Notes under the pieces: generated by a model
The model's input: only the letters and a program-made list of their open reading frames with translations
What the model was told of the DNA's origin: nothing
The model's database searches: none
Position numbers and translations under genes: made by a program
Assembly: GCA_000165425.1 (NCBI GenBank)
Contig: CT868678.1
Coordinates: 124,001 to 188,000, forward strand
Length of the DNA stretch: 64,000 nt
Origin: Paramecium tetraurelia
Taxonomy: Eukaryota
Direction of reading: 5' to 3'
Shown: positions 53,831 through 64,000 of the stretch, in pieces
Layout: every line of letters starts with the position of its first letter
Numbering within the stretch: the stretch's first letter is position 1

Positions 53831-54632
53831 TCAGCAATTTGAGTTCACCATCACGTAGCCAGGGATGCTCTCGAAATTGTACTTGATCTGCACAATCAGC
53901 TGGTCCTTGAGCTCCTCATAGGCTTATTAACACTCCTTATCTGAGTCATACTTCACGTACACTTCCTATTATGCCTGCTTCAGGTAAACCTAAATTATGG
54001 AGTGGCAGGAGCTGTACTATTTTGCCATATTTGCTAGTCTTGTGCAGGATCTCCTCTAGCTGATACTCTCCCATCAGAACTCTTAGACACTTTGTCTGCT
54101 GATACAGCTTTATTAAGGCATTATCTAATTTGCTCTCAATAGTCCGGCTTATCTCTTCGTCGATCAGACTCAGTCTCTTTCTAATATCAACAAGTTTCTC
54201 TTCTGATACTTGCGATGCAGACTCGTCCTCATTCACATTCAAGTCCCACAATGATGGCATGCTGAAAGGTAACTTCTAAGTCAAATCCATTCCTTTTGTG
54301 TTTGGCACGTTGTCCAATTTCAGTTCTCTTAACCTCGAAGGATAAACATTGCAAATGATATTATTCATAACTTTAGTGTTGTTTAAACAGCTAAATCAAA
54401 TTAAATCCCTACTTGATAGCATCTTAGGCTTAATCGGGGTCCTCGTATTCAATAAACACCTTTGTCTGCATTGGACCTTGCTCGAAGATTAAAATCTACG
54501 CCAATTCAAACTTCATTTTACCTTTGTGATTTTACCATGCTTCCCAAAAACTTGAAGCAATGACTGATTTGTAATGTTCTAGGACGTTTTCAAACAAACT
54601 AATGCCACCTTGGTTGAATTGCTTTTCGACAT
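53831..54632 (-). CDS. PTB/hnRNP L-like RRM protein (two RRMs)
   Basis: ITNQSLLQVFGKHGKITKILIFEQG..KVFIEY..LNNTKV..VYPSRLRELKL..KGMDLT. Second RRM SKYGKIVYL..VYVKY. Three introns. Confidence 0.75.
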
Positions 54633-55382
54633 ATATTAAATTAATTTAAAATATGCTCAAATAAATTATTATACTTACTTCACACTTCAGTTATTTACCC
54701 CAATCAGGAATGGAGCTGTAAAATATCTTGGCACAAGAATTTTCTCAAGATATTATAAAATGAAGCATAATTGTACCTGATACAAATACCCTATTATTGC
54801 ACAATGACTTAGACAATAGATTAAAACAAACAAAAAATATCATCATTGGAATCTAAAATCATTTGAAACAATCAGATACTTTGAAAACGATGCTAAAAAT
54901 AATATATAATCCATTCAAGAAAGTAATACAATTGGATAAAATTAAACTTCCCTAGAGTGAAAATCATCATTTGTTTTTATTTAAATCCTATAAAAATTTA
55001 TTCTATTGATAGTCATGCAAAAACTCTAATTCTTTTTGATATTATTTTAATTTATTTAAGAGTGGATTGATAAACTAGGACAAAGTAGTTTATAAAGTTT
55101 ATTTTAGAAATTGAATATAATTTTAAATTTACTTAAGACGAATAAAATTAATATAAGTGCATCAATAAGAATAAATCTACTATATTTTATAACGGCTTAA
55201 ATCTAATTGCTCACAGGATTACATGCTAAATAAAGTTTCACATTTTGAAAAATACCAGAATCTCATAATGACAACCTAATTTGTATATATATAAACGATT
55301 ATACTGTTTAAGCATATATTATATATATTAAATACCCATTATTTAAATTTATATATATGTATTTAGAACAAATTTTACATTC

Positions 55383-55832
55383 TCATTTATTTAAGGATTG
55401 TTAATAAGCTTAAACAATTTAATAGAGTTATTCTTGCATTTTTTAGATTGATGTTTTCTTGGCAATTTACTTGTTTGTGTTTTCTTTAATTAAGTCCTCT
55501 ACTTTTTTGAATTCTTTTCCAATGAAATCCAATCTTTTACTCACATTCTCTTTAGACTCTTGGAGGGTTTATGAGACCTGTAAAAAGTAATGCAAAGATG
55601 GCTTACCAAAACACTTGCAATAAGTTTGTATACTTTTGCTTCTGGCTCAAGGAGATCAAGTTCCTTTTTGACCATTTCATTTTCATGAGATTGCTCTATG
55701 AGTTTTTGTCTGCCTTCAATTAGTGTGGGAGTGTATACCTTCGACATACTTTTGCATTTCTCTTTGTAAAGTCTAAAGAACTTTGGACTCATCTTCAATC
55801 TTGCTCTATAACATCTACACCTATTCAGCCAT
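55383..55832 (-). CDS. PFDN6: Prefoldin subunit 6
   Basis: RQKLIEQSHENEMVKKELDLLEPEAKVYKLIASVLVSQTLQESKENVSKRLDFIGKE. Two introns. Confidence 0.9.
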
Positions 55833-55850
55833 TAAATATTTTAATATATA

Positions 55851-56264
55851 TCATGATTTTTATTCAAACAAAGCAATTTCTTCATTTAGTAATTGAAGCT
55901 CCTTCTCTTTCTAAGCTATCTTTGCCTTGATCTCCTGATTTTCCTTGATCAGTCCAACCATAAGGGCAGGGTCATAGGAAGGTGTCTACGACTGTGAAAC
56001 AGTTTGTCCTGGTTGAGGCATTTTGATGTGTGGTTTTTTTGCAATGACTTTTTGTGGAGTGGCTACTGAAGTTTGTGATATAATCGGATATTGTTGCATA
56101 GATTGAGTATTTCTTAATCTCTGGTAGTCAAAACGTAATGTATTTGGAGTTCCAATTCTTTAGATTTGAGATGTGCGTTGTGTTGGTGAGACAAAAGGAC
56201 CATATTGGTTCAGATTTTAGAATTGCGGTACGACAGGATATCGTGTTGGTTAACGAATTTGCAT
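55851..56264 (-). CDS. Small hypothetical protein, P/Q/T-rich with C-terminal coiled coil
   Basis: MQIRQPTRYPVVPQFQ...LIKENQEIKAKIAQKEKELQLLNEE..KS*. Intronless. Confidence 0.7.
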
Positions 56265-56289
56265 TTATATATATAAATATTTTTTATTA

Positions 56290-58957
56290 ATGTAAAACTA
56301 AGTGGATCTAGACATAGACACAGGTCAGTTTGATACTATGGAGAGGGACTTTTAAGAGGTCTTACGTGATTTAGGGACTGATTAAAACTTAGAGAGATTC
56401 AGATCTGAGTTCGATAAACTGTATCGTTCACTGAAAATCATTCACGAGAATCAGAGGCGATTGATCAGCAAATGTAGGGAGTACAATGCTGAAATCTCTT
56501 AAAATGCATCCAAAGTACTTACTCACTTAACATTAGATTCAAACTGTTTTAAAAATGACCGCTGATGATTCTGCTGCTATCTAATAATTGAAAACGCAAT
56601 TAGAAAAAGCATATAAGGTGTTGGAGATTCAATAAGAGAGGGAGGAAAAGCATAAATAAAAGATTAAAATCTAAGAAAATGAAATCAAGTAATTGTTATG
56701 CCATAATGTAGACAACTCAATCAAACCATTGAATAAAGCAAAGCGTTAAAATTCAGGACAGACTACAACTGTGCATGAGTTATTGTAAAGAAAGCAGGAA
56801 CTTTTGAAAGAAAAAGAAATTTTGTAGATTTAGGTATTTGGGACTAGATCTGAGAATCAATCAATTTTGGATAGAATTAAGTCTTTGGAGACTTCGAAGG
56901 AATCAGTTATGAAGGAATATAAAATATTATAGCAATAGAAGGCTGAATTTGAGGAGAGATTGTAAAAGGATGAGGAGGCAAAAAATGTAACTTAAGCAGA
57001 ATTGGAGAAGATTAAAAGGGATTTTGATTCATTGAAGGAGGATGAAAAGTAATTGGGCAATGAGAAGAAGAAATTAAAAAGTGAAATTGAAAAAGTGACC
57101 TTATAAAACAGTGTTAAAACTAAAGAAATTGAAAATTTCAAATAGGAAAAGAATAGAGTGGAAAAGGAATTAAAGGATACTAGGGATAAGAAGGATTCTG
57201 TGGTCAAAATAAATGAATAAATTGAAGAGAAGATTAAGGATACTAGATTATAGATAGAATTATTTGAAACTGAAATTGAATAACTTCATTAGAAGATTAG
57301 TGAAGGAGAGGAGAAAAAGAAGAGAATGTCAGAGTTAGTGAAGGAGTAAGAAGAATTGGCAGAAAGAATTGAAGAGGAAAAGCAATTAGCTAATAATGGG
57401 TTAAATTAATTGGAGGATGACATTTAGATTGAAAGAAAGAAAGCTACAGATGATAGACAAGTAATTGAGGACTTAAGAAGAGCTAGAAATATTCTATAGA
57501 AGGAAATTGATAGATGTGATAATAATAATAAGAAAATCGAAGAAGATTTCATTGCCAAATAAAAATATTTAAGTGAAAAGCAAAATGAATTAGGTGGTTT
57601 ATAGAAGAAAATTGATTATCTCAATAAGAAAATTGCAAATGTTGAAAAAGAAACAGAGCAATAATGTTTATAATTTTCATAAGCTCAAACTAAGTATTTT
57701 CATTCTTTAGATGAAATTAAATTAAAAGATTCACTAATCAGCGAATTCTAGAAAAAGAATATTGAAACTGAAGCCAAATTAAAATAATAATAGAATCTAT
57801 ATGAAACAGTCAGAAGTGATAGAAATCTGTATTCAAAGAATTACACTGAAAAACAATAAGAAATTGAAAAAATGAGACGAAGCTATAAAATAGTCAATCA
57901 TTAGATTTCATAATTAAAAGAAGAAATAGAGGCCAAGGGAAATGCATTAGCAAAGGAACATTTAGAACATAAAAAAAAGGATAAAACTATTGAAGAGTAA
58001 TCTAGAGTATTGGAAAAGTATAAAACAGATATAGATGAAAAGGCTGAAAAGATTAATAAGTATATTAAAAGGGTTGATAAATTACAGTTTACAATCAAAG
58101 ATGAAGAATAATAGATACAGAATCTCAAAGAAGAATTTGAATTGGTTGTGGCTGAAAGGGATATCTTGAGTACTTAACTCATAAGAAGAATTTCAGAAAC
58201 TAATCTACTTTATGAGAAAATCAAAATTAATGAAAGTACTCTCAAGAAAGGAGAATAATAATATAGAGAAAGACTGGGAGATATTTAAATGTTGAAAGAA
58301 AAGATAGCCGATTATAAAAGAGAAATTAAGGTCTTTAAAAGGGAAGCTGATACAATTAAAGATTTAGAAGGGGATATACACAATCTTACAAAAGAGTTAA
58401 CAGAGGAGAAATTGAAAGCTAAGGCTTTGACAGAAGAATTAGAAAATCCAATGAATGTACATAGATGGAGAAAATTGGAAGCCACTGACTCTGAAAATTA
58501 TGAATTAATGACCAAAATCCACAGTCTATAAAAGAGACTAATCCAAAAAACAGAGGAAGTTGTAATTAAAGAGAAGGTAGTAGAGGAGAAGGAGAAAGAA
58601 TTGAAGGCTTTGAAGGATGAAATGAAACGTAAACCTGGATTAGAAGATTAGGCAATGATACCATATTATTAAGATAGTCTGAGATAGAAAGAAGAATAGA
58701 TGAAGGCTATGGATTAGGAATTGAGTATGTATCAATCACATATTAATGAATATAAATTAGAAATAGATAGAATCAATAAAGTAATTATTTCATATATTTT
58801 CAAGGAATTACAAAGGGTCAAATAGAAGTACTTTAATTAAAAGAAAAGAGAATAGTAATAAAGAGATCTTCGTATATAAGAAGAATAGGGATAGTCAATC
58901 TAAGTAATCTTACCAGAGAAAAAGTATGTGGGTGGTGGTTTTGCTTTATAAAAATGA
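56290..58957 (+). CDS. CFAP58: Cilia- and flagella-associated protein 58 (CCDC147)
   Basis: MERDFQEVLRDLGTDQNLERFRSEFDKL..KCREYNAEI, YETVRSDRNLYSKN, ERDILSTQLIRR, ELENPMNVHRWRKLEATD, YVGGGF. Confidence 0.92.
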
Positions 58958-58989
58958 AATATCGACTGATATAAAATTAACTAAAATTA

Positions 58990-60141
58990 AATTGGTTCTT
59001 TAATCTTCTAGAAATTTTGGTTTTTCATATTGCAAAATATTGATTATATATAAAAGTGAGGTTGTTTTAAATGAATAATAATAAAATATAAGAATAAGGA
59101 ATTTTATTGAAAAATAATGTATTCTTCATCAGAATGAAAACAATCTAATTTGAATGGTTAAATAATAAGACCATAATGAAAATAAAGATAGAGAGGGTTA
59201 TGGTGATATTGGATATAAAACTTAGTTATAGATTAATTACTATAATGGAAAATAGCCAAAAAAGATGGATATAGAGAACTTACTTGAATTTACAAAGGAT
59301 AGTAACCATATGGTTAACAAAATAATGAAAGAACAGAATTTATGGATCTGGAATGGAAAATGAGGAGAAACCAAAGAAGTATAATTAATATGATATTTTT
59401 GCTACTATTGATTTATTTAACAGATCAAGGTATTTGTTTATTTTGAGAGATAACTCTTTTCATCTAGATGTCTTTTAGATATTCTATGTAGGCATCTCTT
59501 GATAAAGCTTTAGGGTATTTGATATTTTAGGTACTCTATACTGGATTGGAGACAGGAAGGATTTTGTCTTTTATTTTATTTAGATATAAGGTGTTAGAGC
59601 AAATAGAATCATTTACTCCTTTAATTTTTGGAACGAACAATTGAATGTCTTGAATTTCATCTATTAATAATTTATCTGGAATCTAGATGTGATCCTTTTT
59701 ATTTGACCATGAAACTTATTCTTTGTATTTTTACACATTTTCCATCATGGATTAGTATGCTTTTGATTCTTTGGAGACTTTATCTTAATTTGTGCAAAAT
59801 TTTAGAGGACAATTGTTGAGATCATTTTTTTGGATGATTTATGAACATGGCATATTTATGTCTTTGAACAGCTTATTCTTACAATGAATGTTGTTTAATT
59901 TCTATTGTTTCTTTTCTTTCTTATTTGACATGGAGGCAGCATCTGATTTTTTAAGTGATTACACTTTATTCAATTCTTTTTTGTTTGCTTTACTCCCTTT
60001 TTGTTTTCTTTTTTTAGTTATTTACTCATCTGGTATTAAGATCTCAAGATTTGATTCATCTATGAATACCGCATTGTCTGAGTCCAATGAGACATCTAGT
60101 TCTTATACTAAGAAGGGTCCTTCATTGCGAATTGTAAGCAT
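58990..60141 (-). CDS. Hypothetical protein
   Basis: MLTIRNEGPFLVQELDVSLDSD... K-rich. 3' end and introns not resolved. Confidence 0.5.
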
Positions 60142-60164
60142 GTTAATTATAATTTTAATAATTA

Positions 60165-61141
60165 ATGAATATTGAATCTCAAGACTTTAGATATAGAGAT
60201 ATCAAGAATTATTAGAGTCTTTCTAAATTGTAAGTATGCAAAAAGTGCTATATTCAAATAGATTTTGGTTGTTGGAGATGGTTAGACTGGGAAATCTTCA
60301 TTGGTTAACATTTTGACTTACAGAAAATATCCAGATAAGATGGCAGGTAAGACATCCAAGCAGCCATTTAAAACTTAGGGGTGTGATATTCGAATGGCAT
60401 TGAGAAACGATTTAACATAAAAGCAATAGTTTTTGTTGTAAATTGTAGATCTTTCTGGAGACAAGGCTTAGAGATAATACTTAGATGTGTATATATCAAG
60501 ATTGAAATTGAATGCCATAATATTCTGTTTCGATGTGACTAATCTGAAGACTTTGGATAATATACGAAAATGGGTTTAACGATTGACAATTAAGAGTGTG
60601 ATACATGAGGAAAATGAAGAGGCCTTGGAGACAGATAATAGCTAATTTTCAAGACAAAGCAGCTTAGCCATTTAAGACGAATAGGATTGCTTATTAAATT
60701 ATAATAGTTATACTGGAATCCCAATGAATGAGATTCTACAAATCCCTTTCATTTTTGTTGGGTGTAAAATGGATTAGATCCCTATGGACAAACAAGTTAG
60801 ATTGCGATAATAGATTTCTGAAAGAGTAAACAATAAATACATTATTGTAGATCCAACAAGTTTACAAAAGATCAAATACAGTAATATTGTTGAGTTCTAC
60901 TAAGCCTTTGACATATTCAGATGAGTTTAAATAGTTGGAGGAATGTATTTTGAGAATTAAGCAAAAAGATAAATTGGAAGAATTCTTCATAAGGGAAAAG
61001 ATTCAATCAAAAATGATGAAGTTGGATGAATCTTTCTGGAAATCCACTATTCAAACACCATTAGAGTAAAAATACTAATTGTTTTGTGTTTATATGAAAC
61101 ATTTTTGGCAAAGATTGATGTGTAAAAAGAGAAAGCAATGA
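60165..61141 (+). CDS. RABL3-like atypical small GTPase
   Basis: ILVVGDGQTGKSSLV, TQGCDI, VDLSGD, AIIFCFDVTNLKTLDNIRKW, insert, IPFIFVGCKMD. Confidence 0.75.
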
Positions 61142-61178
61142 TGTTATTTATGTTTATCATCATAGTTTTAAAAATCAT

Positions 61179-62648
61179 TCATTCATTCATACATTGTTCT
61201 TTTTTGAGGTCAATCACTCTCAGTGTTTCCTCAGCAAGTTTCACTATCTCTTTATTTTTATGATCTAACAAGATTTCTAATTTTTATTCTAATTCAGTAT
61301 CATCTATGCAAAAAGCTTAGTAGTAGTAAATTAAAGTGTAGAGAACTTTTAAATAGATAATAATATTTTCAGTTTCTTCAGGTTCTTCTAATAGAAATTT
61401 AATTCTAACTATTTAAAACACTCTTAAATCTTGGATCAACTCTGTAGATGTGTAAGTCATACAATTATATGTGATCCCATAAATGAGTCTTAGATAGTTT
61501 TGATCTGTTTTATCGGAATTCTAAAAGTTTTACACAACTTCTGCAATAAAAGGGAGATCTGAAACTATCTCCTTTTGCAGATTTTCAGAATCCACATTAG
61601 TAAAATTAGCAAGTAATTTGATTGAAGCTTGTCTTATAATTAAACTTTCATGATTGATGTATTATTTAACAATGTCATGTCCTTTTAAAAAGAAGATTCT
61701 TTAAACAAATTTCTCATCTTTTAAAGCACTTATGCTTATCATAAATCTCAATATTATGGATATTAGAATCTGATTTTCACTAAATTCTAAGAGCTATACA
61801 CAAATCTAAAGTGTTGTGTTGTCTAAATCGTTAGCTATATCAGGGTCTAATGAAATAATTTAAATGAGATTTTTAACAAACATAAAGGTTATTTTTGGAT
61901 ATTGCATTTAAAGCGGGAGTAATTATTTCATCAAGTAAAATGTAAATCTTAACTATGCTATATTTGATATTGTTTACCTCTTAGTTGTATTTTGATATTA
62001 TTTAAGTTAACTCTTCTTCGGTAAAGATTCTGAATTGATTGAAGAATCTGCAGAATAACTCAGTTCCACTTTTAATCATCTTAAACTCATCATCAGTGTA
62101 GATCTCATGCTGATTTTCCTTTAGTATTTGATTTACTAATGGAATTAGATTATTATTTAATAAGTATTCTAATTATTTTCTTGTTAATTCATGCGTACAA
62201 ATACTATTGAGGGCATCAAATAACTAAATGATTTTGATTGTATTGTTACATTATCAATCATTCTGATGTCCATTCTTTGCTTTGCCAATTTTAATTAATT
62301 TAGAAAAAGCACTTCACACTCTCCAAGATTTTATTTAGTGCAAATATTACTCAAAATTGTGATTGAATAATAATCTGATTGCTATGCGCTAAGAAATAGC
62401 TTGTTTAACAGTTATTAGTCATTCGCAGCCTTCAATAATTTCTATTGACTAAACTCGCCATCGATCAAATATTTGTGGAGTTCCTATGATTCAGAAAAAC
62501 TTGGAATCTCAATTATGGGGTTCTCTTCGTTGTTCATACCGCATTTCTTTCGATTTTAATTGAATAAATCTTCTAGTCTCTCTTTTCTAATCGAAAATCT
62601 AAATTCCTCTCTTTTTGTCAATAATAATGATTATTGTTCACTTTTCAT
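61179..62648 (-). CDS. Divergent importin-alpha-like (IBB-like + ARM/HEAT) protein
   Basis: N-terminal KREEFRFSIRKERLEDLFNQNRK (IBB-like), ARM-like helices (ILSNI, LLANF), C-terminal LEILLDHKNKEIVKLAEETL. Confidence 0.55.
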
Positions 62649-63128
62649 AATTATATTTATATTCAAATTATTTATAACATTCTCAATGTTATATCTAATA
62701 TTTGTCAAATAGCTCATCAACAAATTTTCACATATCTATTCAATAGAATATGTCATTTATCTCACATAACTAAATCATTTTTAATAATCTTTTATTAATA
62801 GCCCAACTACATATGAGTTTGTATTCACTTTCTTTAATGAAGTCTAAAAACGGTTTCGCAATCCATTGACTCTTGCTTTAAATTAGTATTACGTCTGAAC
62901 TATCCCAAAATAAGCTTATATCTTATAATTCTTTAATCCCTTATTTGTGTCTAAATCAAATTAGTGGGATAGACTTTGGATAGACATTATTGTTTTAAGT
63001 AATCTTTCTTAAATAGCGAAAATTAATATAATTTCTAGGTATATTCAATTAGATATATTCATCTTTTTATTCATCCTTAATTTATTGTTTTAGCAATTTA
63101 TTCAATACTATAAATAACATAAACTAAA

Positions 63129-64000
63129 ATGCAAGATGATAGGGTTTTAGAGAGAAGTCCACAAGACTCACTTAGAATTTCACAAAGATCTTCCATGCTA
63201 GATAGGAAGCAGAGTGGCCGTTTCACATTCAAGAAAACTCAAGAGGAAGAACAACAAACTTAAATTCAGAGCAATAGAAATCGAATCAAACAGCAGTTAA
63301 AATGTATAAGATAACTGATTTTGATTTTAAGGTTAATTGAATGCCATAATTAATAAGCCAATACAGCCATTACAAATGAGAGAGGAGCAGTTGATAGAAT
63401 TAGGTAAGAAATTAGATGTAGAAATTACTTCAATTGATGTTGAAAATATCATTCCAAATACAAAGGAGTTTTTTGAAGATTATGAAATTCATGAGAGATT
63501 GGGAGAAGGATGTTTGGGATTGGTGAAACGAATAGTCTAAAAAAATACAGGCTTGGAATTTGCTGTGAAGATAGTTGCTACTTAGGACGATGAAATTATA
63601 CGCAATGTAAAAAGACAATAATAATATCTTTTAAGATGATTATAGAATTTAAGAGATTGGTTCAATTATCACATGATAATATAGTTAAAGCCTACAAAAT
63701 GTACTTGGATTTTGATACAGGGTTTTAATCTGAAAGTTAGGCTTTTGTGGTTATGGAGTTGATCCATGGCAAAGAGATGTTTGAGGTTATAAGCGAAGCG
63801 GGACATTATAGTGAAGATGATGCAAAAGAACTTTTCAAGTAATTGCTTAGTGCCATTGAGTATATGCATCGTCATGGCATTTGTCATAGAGATCTCAAGC
63901 CCAATAATATCTTGTGTCTTTAAGGTAAAGCATTCGTAATGATCTCTATATTTAGATAGAAAGCAAATCAAGGTTACAGATTTCAACGTTAGCAAATTCA
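63129..64000 (+). CDS. Ser/Thr protein kinase (CAMK group), runs off window end
   Basis: YEIHERLGEGCLGLVK..FAVKI..LSHDNIVK..VMELIHGKEMF..HRDLKPNNIL..IKVTDFNVSKF. Short introns. Confidence 0.9.

Noticed and set aside
50650..56780. Euplotes-style programmed ribosomal frameshifting at the frame breaks in the TPR gene and CFAP58
   Set aside because: That mechanism depends on TAA/TAG acting as stops after AAA. Here they encode Gln, and most breaks lie in homopolymers typical of assembly errors.
1..64000. CRISPR arrays, prokaryotic defence systems, transposases, reverse transcriptases, rRNA/tRNA genes
   Set aside because: No repeat-spacer array, mobile-element motif or structural RNA signature seen. 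The periodicities are explained by Cys, MORN, TPR and coiled-coil coding repeats.
1..64000. Retained germline IESs (TA-bounded insertions)
   Set aside because: Interruptions I resolved in intact genes were GT..AG introns or 1-2 nt indels. TA-bounded segments cannot be called in such AT-rich DNA without a MAC/MIC comparison.

Overview
AT-rich eukaryotic DNA from a ciliate, most likely a Paramecium macronuclear chromosome. Long reading frames open only if TAA/TAG encode Gln and TGA is the sole stop (translation table 6). Genes are interrupted by very short (about 20-32 nt) GT..AG introns and packed with intergenic gaps of often only 20-50 bp. The supplied ORF track uses the standard code, so it shows only fragments or antisense shadows. 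Manual re-translation gives about 35 genes. They include a ~1900-aa Cys-rich furin-repeat multi-TM surface protein, CFAP96-, CFAP58-, PACRGL- and Sfi1-like ciliary/basal-body proteins, an EF-hand+C2+4TM protein, a TBC Rab-GAP lacking the Gln finger, and MORN, cNMP-binding, arrestin, RRM, TPR and importin-alpha-like proteins. Also present are prefoldin 6, a RABL3-like GTPase, two CAMK-type kinases, an NPRL3-like (GATOR1) protein and a stand-alone Sin1-CRIM-like protein. Decaying copies include a mitochondrial PheRS, a dual-specificity phosphatase and a C-terminally replaced SRP receptor beta. There is one 199-N assembly gap. I saw no RNA genes, mobile elements, telomeres or prokaryotic systems. 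All family calls are by-eye motif recognition, not database searches, and exon boundaries are manual.
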